Below are positions 13,380 through 23,705 of a stretch of 64,000 nt of DNA, piece by piece. The DNA comes from Octopus sinensis. Taxonomy: Eukaryota. Made by a program: the position numbers and the translations under genes. The stretch covers positions 113,274,001-113,338,000 of the forward strand of contig NC_042999.1 of the NCBI RefSeq assembly GCF_006345805.1, given 5' to 3'. A model generated the notes under the pieces. The model was given only the letters and a program-made list of their open reading frames with translations, made no database searches and was not told the origin of the DNA. Numbering within the stretch: the stretch's first letter is position 1; every line of letters begins with the position of its first letter.

Positions 13380-13381
<2 letters not shown>
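12462..13381 (+). mobile_element. R4/Dong-clade (RLE) non-LTR retrotransposon, 5'-truncated, subfamily 1, flanked by (AAT)n
   Basis: ORF 12482-13285 plus a 3'UTR ending ...AAAATAAAACTACTG followed by (AAT)n. (AAT)n/(GAA)n lies upstream. Confidence 0.93.
12482..13285 (+). CDS. C-terminal portion of R4/Dong ORF: CCHC zinc knuckle and PD-(D/E)xK restriction-like endonuclease
   Basis: Uninterrupted 267 aa: AETEGFLIAAQDQ, CRICG..QETINHIISSC, RHDRV, WD..I.TD..I.ANRPDIVV, IDVSIP, EKLSKYKDL, PIIVGALG. No RT domain, so not autonomous. Confidence 0.9.
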   Translation: MKSKLKIEQQRTMIKRWQEKPLHGKYWTKLNAKEIDKEKSQQWLRSPGLKAETEGFLIAAQDQRLPTRNYQKHVMKSNCRICGDGQETINHIISSCPVLAKKEYIHRHDRVGTYIHWKLCQHYGITTEKRWYRHTPEKVTENEKATILWDMPIHTDREIKANRPDIVVRDHEEKKCFLIDVSIPADDNVSLKEMEKLSKYKDLEIEVTRMWNLKTETVPIIVGALGMIKKYSDKYITKTPGLTNTYNIQKIALLGTAHILRRTLSIQ

Positions 13382-13444
<63 letters not shown>

Positions 13445-14225
13445 GATGTGATGGAACTCAGAAGAGTCAATGGCCATTTCGAAAACGGGTAGACAGAGCT
13501 CGTGAGCCTTGGTTGACAGTCTGTCTCGGAACACTGATTTAAAACTAGGGTAGATAGGACTCTTTAGTCACGGTGGTTCCATGCCTGAGATGAAGGCAAA
13601 TGAACCGCGAATCAGGACTTAACTCCGGAGCAATATTTGGGTGAAGATATGGGACCAACTGACGCTCACCTGTCTCCATGTGAGAATCATGACCATGTCT
13701 AATACAAATATATCCAATAATGGTGTTAATGAAGCCGAAGAATGTGGGGTGTGGAGGCAAACCGAACGGTAATTGAATGCTGGATCAGAAGTGAACTTAG
13801 TAGAAGGGGATTTCAAAAAAGAGTGAAAGTAAAATGGAATGAATTAGGACTCTTCGTAATAAGTAAGCAACGGTTAGCCGACCAGTCAAGAGCAAGAAGA
13901 GCAAAAAGATGGCCAACAGAAATAGAAATTGAAGAGATAAAAAGCAAAGTAGAAAATAGAAATAATACTTCACCAACTGATAACGTGCTCAGTGTGAACA
14001 AGTTGTGGCGACACGATCAGGTAACGAAAGAGCTACATTGGAAACTGTGTGAAAAGTGGGGGCTAGAGAGAGACAAGACATGGTATGAGCACAAACCTCA
14101 GAGAGTGGCGGAGTAGGAAGACTTGCACAATCCAATAGGATTTCTCAATCGAAACAGATCAGGTGCTAGAGCATAACAGACTGGTCCTAGTGGTGGTGGA
14201 CAAGGTGCACCACATATGCTATTAT
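13445..14225 (+). mobile_element. internally deleted R4/Dong copy (5' region joined to RLE fragment)
   Basis: KQRLADQSRARRAKRWPTEIEIEEIK (R4-type N-terminal motif) is followed directly by RHDQVTKELHWKLCEKWG..WYEHKPQ and LEHNRLVLVVVDK. Confidence 0.75.
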
Positions 14226-14227
14226 AA

Positions 14228-14335
14228 CGGTGTACCGTTATCAGACGGGTTGTCATCATGGGTATATTGGACTTCGTATATTTTACCCCAGTGTCACTTT
14301 TATGGCATGTACGGCTCTCTCACTCGGTAATAATG
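14228..14335 (+). mobile_element. 3' end of the unclassified (AAT)n-associated non-coding element
   Basis: GTACC.TTATCAGACGGG...TATTTTACCCCAGTGTCACTTT.ATGGCATG..C.GCTCTCTCACTC then AAT-rich tail. Same sequence occurs at 19860-19955 and 63445-63530. Confidence 0.8.
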
Positions 14336-14349
14336 ACAATAATAATGAC

Positions 14350-14403
<54 letters not shown>

Positions 14404-14404
<1 letters not shown>

Positions 14405-14880
14405 GTTTATTTTATTGGCCACAAGGGCCCAAGATAGGGAGAACTATATCAAAGTACAATATACAACACAAAAAACAGGTGGGGTTTACATCGATAATGT
14501 TTACAACATTAAAGCATATAAGAAAGGATATATAAACAGAAGTTAGAGAAATAACTAATAAATGAATTGAATCTGCAATTGCGGGACAGTCCACTTAAAG
14601 TAATTCGGGATAACTCTCACACCAAGGATCCTCGAGGCATGGGAAGTGCTATCTTCCAGTTTCTTACCTCCAATTTAGAAAAGCACACTCAGAGTAGATC
14701 CATCCAGTTTCACCAGTCTTGTGCTTATCGTCCACCTTTTGGTAAACACACTACCCTCACCTTCCTCTTCAAATAATATTTGAAGATATTGATGAGAGTT
14801 TGGCCAGATAGGAAAGTGCCTGTCTTGAAACGTTTCAAACTCCAACTACATAGCCGCTTTCGCCATAGCCACTAAGCAGA
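14404..14880 (-). mobile_element. L1/Tx1-like 3' fragment with AATAAA end
   Basis: Minus strand CAAACTCTCATCAATATCTTCAAATATTATTTGAAGAGGAAGGTGAGG resembles the ORF2 end at about 5077-5130. It terminates in ...CCTTGTGGCCAATAAAATAAA at the (ATT)n tract. Confidence 0.65.
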
Positions 14881-15114
14881 GAAAGATCCGCCTTCTATCT
14901 TTGCTAAAGGAAAGTGGTGTGTCAATCTACACTATGCACTTGACAGTCAGCTGGATTCGTCTTACATGAGACAGCAACTGCTCAACACAAGCCCACAAAT
15001 ATCAAATATCTAATGCACGGACATTGAACGATTGCATGCAGGACGGTATTGTCCCCCTGCATGCATCTCGGGCAAGTTCGGCTGTTGGCACTTTCATGCT
15101 TAATAACAATAATA

Positions 15115-15330
15115 ATTTTAAATTTTGGCACAAAGCGAGCAAATCCGGGGCGGGGCTAAGTCGATTTCCTCGATTCCAATCCTCAACTGGTACTCATTTT
15201 ATCGACCCCGAAAGGATGAAAGGCAAAGCCAACCTTGGCGGAATCGGAACTCAGAACGTAATCACTGACAAAATGCCGCTAAGCATTTTGCCTGGCGTGC
15301 TAACGACTCTGCCAGCTCGCCACCTTAAAA
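15115..15330 (-). mobile_element. SINE family A
   Basis: CAACTGGTACTCATTTTATCGACCCCGAAAGGATGAAAGGCAAAG...GCTAACGACTCTGCCAGCTCGCCACC. Confidence 0.88.
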
Positions 15331-17857
15331 ACTAATAATAATAATGATAATGATGATGACTTCTCTTTTCTTTTCATGAATAAAATATGTTTTTGCATTT
15401 TCCCAATATAATATGCGTAAACTATTGTTGAATATCACTCGCTGCTATATATACTTTGTATCTAGTAAAGCTAACAGTACTACCCTGCATTCGATCTCTT
15501 TGAAATTAGAAACTGAGTTCGAAAATTTGGAGATGTAAATCGTTAAAAGCTATTAAAGTAATGCTTGAAACATTAATAAGAAAAGATTCAGCTTAATTTC
15601 TTTTAATTTATTTTTGCCAACCATTCAATTAAATTAAATAGACAACTTATCCCGCTTACGGAAGATGACTGTTTCACAACTCTCATCGTAGTCTGCGTTA
15701 ATGTATCACACAATATGTTCAGATTATTTTATCCTAAGTATCCGTTTTTGTAATATGAATAAACCACGTCTAGTTCACATCAGATGCTTACTCCTTGTCT
15801 CATCCATTATAAATAAGTCTATTATGTATTTATGATGCCTCATTTACATTTCTTCTAGTAGATATTACATTTTCGGTGTTTTTCTTTTCTCTTAGTTTGC
15901 AAGAAGTTTACCTGGCGTTTCTTCCTCGACTTCTTTATTTAGAAAGATACTCTTTCAATAATGTGAAATCGAATACATTTGTAAACAGATATATTATATC
16001 TAGCGCTTCCGGCTATTCGTCAAATGTAGAAAGCTTAGTAATCGTTACTAATCTTATGTCAGATAACTAAAAAAGGAGGGGGAAATATTGCTTTTCAACT
16101 AAAAATATAAAAATAAATAAAATAAAATTCTACGTCTGTCAGTAAGAAAGAATTGAATAACTTACAAGTGACTGAACTCTGTTAGTGAGGAGTTTCATGT
16201 TCTTCAAGTGATTGCTTTAATGGGTCTTAATGGGACATATCATCAATACTTTTAGAAATTTACTAGTCTCTTCATCAGTGCAACCTGTAATCCACCTAAA
16301 GTTTCAACCACGCCAGCTTCTCTCCAACTCATTTTTCTTTCCCCACGTCTTGTCATATAACTACTTTCTTTAAAAATAAAGAAGAAAAAAACAAAACAAA
16401 AGCAAACAAGACACAGATCTTTGAAATACACTTTGCCACATATTTTTTTAAAGTTTTAGTTGAAATAACTTTACTCTTTCACTCTTAGAAAATCTAACAC
16501 TGTTGACAACTGTATTTCGGTTAAAATAAAGAAGTTAAAATATTGTTGTTGAATATTTATTTCTTTTTCTATTTGTTACCCAACTGATTGCAATACTATA
16601 TTTAGTGACGTTGAGAACGCGGAAAAGCAGCAAGAGGCAAATTCCCAGTAAACTCAGAACAATCAAATCCATGAAATTCCTGTGTTCCAACCATGAATAT
16701 TCAAAAATTTTTTTTAGGCCTAACATATCTAGGACTACGTTACCCACAGCATTTATTTTTAAGAGAGTGGTTTGTAGTTTGAAGGGGATTTGGCTGCTAT
16801 TTCTAGCATATATATCCAGTCGTCACAAAGAGGCACTCTTGTAGCTCGTCTACAAGTTTTGGTCTGTAGTTAAAGCATTTCCATCTAAGCTAGGCAACGA
16901 AATATTTCTATTAAAGACACGAAAAGAGCACTATTTTATTTTCTCTTCTCTAAGATAAAGGTTTTGTACATTCTCAAAATAAAAGCGTTATTATATTTGA
17001 CGACATTCATTTAAGATTTGATCATAAAGCTTTCGCGCTGCCTACAGTGCTGAGGTCGCTAAAGCTGCAAGAAAAAGGCAGTCATAAATCGCCCTCATAT
17101 CACACCCAACTCTGATAACCATAAAGTATACATTGTATAATATTGTTCTATGTAAACTAAGTATGAAAACAAAAGATGGAATGGTTATGAGTGGAGCGCC
17201 CTTGATATAATCTACCATTATCTGATCCAAGCCTAAAACCAACATTGCGATCCCTTTTGATAAACCATTTGGTTTGAGGGATTATTTTTCATTATGCTAC
17301 CTATTTTTTCATTATGTTTCTTTCATTATTTTTTCATTATTTTTTAATTTTATATTTCATTCATTTTTTTTTCTTACACGATAGAGTAGGTAATGCAGGT
17401 CTTGGTGGACGCTACCAAGAAAGATAAAAACGAAAAGGTCACGGGCTGAACATCCTTGCTTCAGTGTATTTTAAATCAGAGCACATGTGGAACTAAACAG
17501 CAGCAGCAACAGCGATATCAACAGCAACAACGATGATGATAACAGCGATAACAACACCATCAACAACAATGACAAATATTTTACAACTGATCTCAAGATG
17601 CCCAAAATTTCGAGGCGATTGCATATAAGAATAGCAGTCATTCGTTGACACTCAGAATGTTAAAAAAAAGTCCTAAAAAATTGTCATACTTTTGTAAATA
17701 TTGTAATTTCGAAGTTCTGTTATTTGAGCAAGTTATTTTTATGAAAAAAGAAGAAAAAAAAGTAATTTTAACACTAAAATACGAGAAAATTGTTGGTGAA
17801 TTGTTGGTAAAACTCATCTCAATAATACAGTTCAATTTTTAAGAGATGAGGAATTAT

Positions 17858-18230
17858 GTACATTATTTACATTTGACGGATATTTGTCCCCATCTTGTTT
17901 GTTGTTAACACAACGTTTCAGCGTTTATCAGGTGTCTTGGGGAAATTTCGAACCTGGGTTCTCATTCCTAAAGTATTTTTCGATGTTATTATTATTATTC
18001 AAGTCACTGCCTGGAATCTTGGGGTTAGTAGCCCGCGCTCTTAACCACTACGCCATATGTCCGTGGACAAGTATGGAGTGAATTTTTAGGGCAGATATGA
18101 ATAGCATATGGGAACCGGTATTAAGGAAGGATAAGGAAATATTAGGTTTATAAGCCCTAAAAATTCACTCCCACGGGCGTGAGCGCGGGGTACTAACCCC
18201 AAGATTCCGAGTTCGATTCCAGGCAGTGAA

Positions 18231-18289
<59 letters not shown>

Positions 18290-18290
18290 T
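17858..18290. mobile_element. Penelope pseudo-LTR pair in inverted orientation (tRNA-like module, degenerate hammerhead)
   Basis: 17858-18092 (-) matches the pLTR pieces at 30545-30675 and 32131-32227. 18093-18235 (+) is the reverse complement of about 32131-32290. Inner inverted repeat GGAGTGAATTTTTAGGGC (18075-18092) / GCCCTAAAAATTCACTCC (18154-18171). Confidence 0.85.
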
Positions 18291-18639
18291 TTAAATAGTT
18301 TGAAGAACGTGCATTTCTTTAAGTTATTGAGGTAACTGTTATCATGATTGTATCGATCACTTCCACCTGCAATTTCCGAGGTCCTTTTGAAAGACAGAAT
18401 GACATAACAAATAACAATTTGCCTAAAATATATGAGCAGTTAAAAATGTTTGCGGATGAAGTTATTCTACTTCTCATAATGATGGGGGTGAATTCTCAAA
18501 CAATGTAAAAAAAAATTCGTTTAGTTAAATTGCAAAAAATTAAAATACAAAACTCCATGCGCTAATGTTTGAAGAAAATACTATTCATGCAGAACCCTGC
18601 GAAATGTGGCTACTCACAACAAGCTACAAAAGTAAGGAT

Positions 18640-18845
18640 GAGATGAAGAAGGCGAAGAAGAAGAAGAAGGCGAAGAAGAAGAAGAAGAAGACGAAGAAGA
18701 AGAAGAAGAAAAAGAAGAAGAAGAAGAAGAAGAAGAAGAAGAAGAGAAGAAGAAGAAGAAGAAGAAGAACAACAACAACAACAACAACGACGACGACGGC
18801 AACAACGACAACAACAAAAGCGACGACGACGTTGATGATGATGAT
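18640..18845. repeat. (GAA)n/(CAA)n/(GAC)n/(GAT)n compound trinucleotide tract
   Basis: Directly visible. Confidence 0.93.
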
Positions 18846-19450
18846 TTCTAATTTTGGCACAAGTCCAGCAAGACTTTTACGGATTCCATGGACAGCAAGG
18901 CTCACCAATGGATAAGTTCTTAAGCAGATCAGGCCGAAAATGTCGCTAGAAGCTAGGATCACCAAGCCTAGATTGGCATATTTCGGTCATATTATTCGGA
19001 GAAAATCCCTGGAGAAGGACATCATACTCGGAATGGTCAGTGGCAAGAGAGGAAGAGGCCGACCAAGAACCCGCTGGCTTGACACCATCAAGAGTAACAC
19101 GGGAATGGCCATAGCCAATCTGAAAGAAGCGGCCCAGGATAGAACTGACTGGAGAACACTGATCCAACGAGTGACCGAGAGTCGACTTCGACTGAGCGGA
19201 TAGATAGATAGACCAGCAAGTTCAGGGGAGAGGGTATGTCGATTATATCAACGCTAGACCTAAATTGTCACAAGAGCAACAATTTGTGAGGAGGAGATGA
19301 ATCGATTACATCGACGCCAGTGTTCAACTGGTACTTATTTTATCGACCCCAAAAGGATAAAAGGTAAAGTCGATCTCGACGGAATTTAAACTCAGAACGT
19401 AGCGACAGATGAAATACCGGTGCTAATGATTCTGCCAGCTCGACGCCCTA
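18845..19450 (-). mobile_element. SINE family A interrupted by an RTE insertion
   Basis: SINE tail TTTTGGCACAAG.CCAGCAA resumes at 19213 and continues to GATTCTGCCAGCTCG at about 19440. Confidence 0.8.
18873..19212 (+). mobile_element. RTE-clade (BovB-like) LINE 3' fragment with (ATAG)n tail and 8-bp TSD
   Basis: RLLRIPWTAR...SLEARITK.RLAYFGHIIRR.SLEKDIILGMVSGKRGRGRPRTRWLD..DR..WR..I.RV. TSD CCAGCAAG at 18865-18872 and 19213-19220. Confidence 0.92.
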
Positions 19451-19529
19451 ATAATGATAATAGTGGTTCGCATGGCTTCTTATCTTAAGTGTCTGAATGT
19501 GTTATCATGTACATATTTTGCCTTCGTGT

Positions 19530-19955
19530 AGCAAATTTTTTGCCCAATATCACAAATTTGCTTGACGGTATTTCCTGTTGCAATACCACAGATTTACTTG
19601 TCAGTTGTTTGACCTTAACCAGTTTGAGTATGCCGTGGCTGAACAAATGTGCATTTCTGATAACGAGCAGAAGTAGCGGTGGAGCATCATAGCCATGTGT
19701 TGAGAGGAATTCTTTGGAGTTTGAATAGTTCACCTCTGGAAACATGAGTGTTTCGTCCAACATCCTTAAACAACCCTTATTCAGAGACCTTTTGAGCGAG
19801 ATGGGCTTCTCGACCTGAAGAAAATCCAAACTGGGCCCCGTCGTGATGCATGTGCCTGGTGTACCCTTATCAGACGGGTAGTCATGATGGGTATCCTGAG
19901 TTTCGTATATTTTACCCCAGTATCACTTTGATAGCATGCACTGCTCTCTCGGTCA
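19530..19955 (+). mobile_element. 5'-truncated copy of the unclassified (AAT)n-associated non-coding element
   Basis: Collinear with 63105-63530 (CAATACCACAGATTTACTTGTCAGTTG...GAGCATCATAGCCATGTGTTGAGAGG...CTCTCTC) and ends in an AAT tail. Confidence 0.85.
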
Positions 19956-20084
19956 ATAATAATAATAATGATTTCTTCATTGACCAGAAAGGGATTCCAT
20001 TAAGAAAAACGTTGTGGACAGTACAGGACAGAACAAAGAATATGTGCGTGTATGTCTCCGAATGTGTGTTGTTATGCGCAAAAT

Positions 20085-20400
20085 TATATGGAAGAGAGGT
20101 TATCGCAGAGTTAGAGACATCCTAAACAGCAGACTCAATGCTGGAAAAAAGGATTGATGCTATCATCTTACCTATACCTGTTTTAACCTACAACTTTAAC
20201 ATCATAAAATGGTTCATCAATGAGATCATCAAAATTGATGCAAAAGTATACATGCCTTTCACAATGCATTGCATAATCACCAAAATGCAGATGTAGGTAC
20301 AATATTCATTCCACGAAAACGATGGAGGACGTGGATTGATGCAGCTGCAACTGTCTGTAAGGACAGCAACGATAGGATTAAACACCTATCTAAAGAACAA
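20085..20400 (+). pseudogene. R4/Dong RT-thumb fragment (left half of a split copy)
   Basis: YRRVRDILNSRLNAG...PVLTYNFNIIKW...DV..IFIPRK.GGRGLMQLQ...TIGLNTYLKN. Confidence 0.8.
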
Positions 20401-20434
20401 GGTGCAGGAGTGGCTGTGTGGTAAGTAGCTTGCT

Positions 20435-22556
20435 AACGGTTGCTTCTGCGCATGTGCGAGTCAGTGTTGTGTTTGGCACTGAAGCGGTGAAGACGTGCCT
20501 TTGAAGCCGTCTTGAATTGAAAACTTTGGAAGCCCCATGTAAGATAAGTTTCTGTTTTCTGGGTCCAGTGGGAGTTTTTGTTGAGAATTGTTTTTTACAG
20601 GCAGGAAGTCCTACTGGATTCAGAATTCTGATTCTGCCGACATGTGGCAAATATATTTTTCTCGCTGAGAAAATGTTTGGGGGCGTATCCGTCTTCGATA
20701 AATTGAGTGAATATTTTTCTCACGTCATTGTGAGAATTGTATTGTGCTGTGAAGAACTTTTATGAATTGTGAAAACTACTATATAGGGGAGTATTTTGCC
20801 TCCGAAGTTTGAACAATTTTTACCAATTTTACACGAATTTTTGTGGAAGTTGTGCGTTCCTGGTTCAATTTAGGCCGGGAGTACCAAATGGCCAGAAGGT
20901 TTTTGCTGTGTTATTGACTTTCTTTTTAACTTTATTTGACTTTCTTTTTAACTTTATTTGACTCTCTCCTTTTTTGACTGTGACTTTCTTCGGATTTCCT
21001 TTTCTTCTCGTTTTTTAGTTTTATTCTGAATACATTTTAAAAAAAACAAAAAAAAAAAAACATGGCAACGAAAAAACAAACTTTTGGAATGGGAGATCAT
21101 ACCGCCTAAAAAGTGGTTAAAAGACCGTGAAGATACGACGGTGGTGTTGAGAACCTACTCCAAGGCACTCGACACCATCGCCCTATTCGAAAAGACGGCA
21201 ATTGAAAAGGAGTTGGAAGAGTATTTGCCAACAATTAAATTCATTTCCAGGGGTGTCAAATATGCAACGGTGTGGTTGCTATTTGACACCCCTGAAGAGG
21301 CTTGCAAATTTGCTAGCAAACCCCTGGAGGGTAAGGAAATCTTATTCCTGCCCACGTACAAAAAAAAAGAAATTGATGAAAGCTTGGATTTGCGGACTGC
21401 CACCCGACATAGAACCCGAGTGGATAGAGGAGACTATCCGCCGGGGTCTGGGTGGCAGCGAAACTAAGCTCCTTAATGTAAAAGTTCTTCCTGCGTCTGC
21501 TTGGGTTGGGTCAAAAGCAATTTTGACCCTGTGGACCCAATCAGCCAACCTGGTTCTTCCAGATTTTTTGAAAATGGCCGGGTGCAGGTACCCGGTGATG
21601 CTTGAGGGTCGCCCCCCTAAGTGTCATCGGTGCTTGGAGTCCGGCCACATAAAGAAGAACTGTCCCCGGGAACAAAATAGGATCCCGGAACAGTTAAGTA
21701 AAACCCCTCTAGAAGAGGGAATGATAACGGCCGAGAAAGCAGAGGACTCCTCAAACAGAGGCCGAAAGAGGAAGGTGAGCAACAATGGGTGCTCACCAAA
21801 AGATAATAGGGATGAGGAGAGGAAGGCGAATCTTCCAGCCACGGAGGAGACGCACCCTCCCTCAGTTGAAAAGGGAAAAAAAAAGAAAAAGAGGAAGAAA
21901 AACGGGACATTACCGGCTGTCAGTGTAGCACCGGAATGTCCCGGAACTACGTCGGTTGGGGTTGTGTCACCGACAAGAAAAGGAATACCGTTGGCGGGAA
22001 CTGTGCCACCAACGAAAGAACTGAACGTATTGGTCCTCTTCTATAGAGGAGGAGAAATTGAAAAAGTGATGGAAGAGCACTACAAGGGAGCACCTTTAGC
22101 CTTCACACAGGACCCCGAATGGCCTCCGCAGGTAGCTGTGGAGGCGGTGGCGTTCGACGTGACGCTTGGGCTAAAGGAGCTCAATGAATAGTATAACTTG
22201 GTCCCGGGCGACGCCAACTCGGAACTTGATTACGTTCTGAGGGAGGCGTGGTTGATGGTGGAGGGCGCGGGCACAAGCTATTTCGAGGACGATATGTAAT
22301 TATTGAACTGTTGAAAAATTGTAAGAGGATTAATACCTCGTTTTGTGTTTAAAAATTGTAAGAGGTTTAATACCTCGTTTTGTGTTTATCTTTAAAAAGA
22401 ACAATGTTTTAGAGAAGCGAAAGTCGGCGGGCGCTTTTTGTCTTCTCCCATCCTTATCATCTTTCTTTCATTATCATTCACTTCATTAATGTCCTCGTCC
22501 AGCCCGCAAAGCTAACTTAATCTGTGTACTGCCTTTATGGCAAATGTTTTGAAATA
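20435..22556 (+). mobile_element. ORF1-only non-autonomous L1/Tx1-type retroelement (HAL1-like) with 12-bp TSD
   Basis: TSD AAGTAGCTTGCT at 20423-20434 and 22557-22568. ~630-bp 5'UTR, a single ORF1-like region, and a 3'UTR ending GAAATAA(A). No endonuclease or RT motifs. Confidence 0.82.
21062..22299 (+). pseudogene. L1/Tx1-type ORF1 (gag-like, CCHC zinc knuckle) with two frameshifts at A-rich runs and one in-frame TAG
   Basis: ATG at 21062. Track ORFs 21084-21467 and 21202-22191 join across A-runs near 21070 and 21360. Contains LEGRPPKCHRCLESGHIKKNC (CX2CX4HX4C at 21622-21663) and basic KRKV/KKKKKRKK patches. Reading continues past TAG 22189-22191 to TAA 22297-22299. Confidence 0.85.
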
Positions 22557-22697
22557 AAGTAGCTTGCTTATCAACCACATAATTCCGGGTTCAGTCTAAC
22601 TGCGTGGCACCTTGGGCAAATGTCTTCTACTATAGCCTCGAGCCGACCAAAGCTTTGTGAGTGGATTTGGTAGACGGAAACTGAAAGAAGCCCGTTG

Positions 22698-22745
<48 letters not shown>

Positions 22746-22957
22746 GGCCTGTGATTGTGTGTCTGTATTTGTCCCCCCAACATCGCTTGACAGCTGATGC
22801 TCGTGTGTTTATGTACCCGTAACTTTGTGGTTCGGCAAAGGAGACCAATATAATAAGTAGTAGGCTTACAAAGAATATGTCATGGGGTCGATTTGCTCGA
22901 CTAAAGGCAGTGCTCCAGCATGGCCGCAGTCAAATGACTGAAACAAGTAAAAGAGTA

Positions 22958-23385
22958 AAAGAGTAAACACCAATGACTGGATGCTTAAAATAAAGTACCA
23001 AAAAACCCCCAAAAAAACTACTCAATATCAGAAGAAGCAAAGAAATATATAAAGAAATTAAAGATCAACGGGATTGAGTCGCAACAAGATGAAATAGAAG
23101 ATCCCACAGTGATAGCAAAAGCTATAAATTATAAACCAAACGAAATCTCAGCGCTGCGCAATACATGGAAAAGTAAGGCACTGCAAGGCAAACATCTCAC
23201 AAAGGCCAGTGAGCCTGATGTTAATACAAATATGACTCATCAGTCATTGGCTGCATTTAGAGTTAAGTGAGAAACTAGGAGCTTCATTATCGCAGCTCAG
23301 GAATCAGTATCTGCCCGTCAAAATCCATCAAGTAAGCATTCTTAAAAATAGTGCTGATAGTGGCTGCTGTTTTTGTGGTGCCTTG
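22958..23385 (+). pseudogene. R4/Dong fragment (right half of the split copy)
   Basis: TNDWMLK continues YLKN from 20400; later WKSKALQGKH, ETRSFIIAAQ, ILKNSADSGCCFCG. Confidence 0.75.
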
Positions 23386-23458
23386 GTGTTGCAAGCTGAC
23401 CAGTTGGTGTCTTTCTCAAGTGTGCCCCACACATAGTAATCCATGGGCTTACACTCAG

Positions 23459-23649
23459 CCGGCAATTTTGGGGGAGGGGTAAGACGATTATATAATGACC
23501 CCAGTGCTCGAAAAGTACTTATTTTATCGACCCCTAAAGGATGAAAGGTAAAGTCAAAATCAGCGGAATCTGAACTGAGAACGTAAAGACGGACGAAATG
23601 CCGTTAAATATTTTCTCCAGCGTGCTAAAGACTCTGTCGTCTTGCCACC

Positions 23650-23652
<3 letters not shown>
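23459..23652 (-). mobile_element. SINE family A, followed by (AAT)n to 23704
   Basis: GTACTTATTTTATCGACCCCTAAAGGATGAAAGGTAAAGTC...CGTGCTAAAGACTCTG..CTTGCCACC. Confidence 0.85.

Positions 23653-23705
<53 letters not shown>

Larger units (their letters stand above)
20401..22955 (+). mobile_element. SINE family B, split by a 2.1-kb insertion (SINE parts 20401-20434 and 22557-22955)
   Basis: Head GGTGCAGGAGTGGCTGTGTGGTAAGTAGCTTGCT resumes at 22557 as AAGTAGCTTGCTTATCAACCAC..., then internal (TG)n and an AAAAGAGT-repeat tail. Confidence 0.92.
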
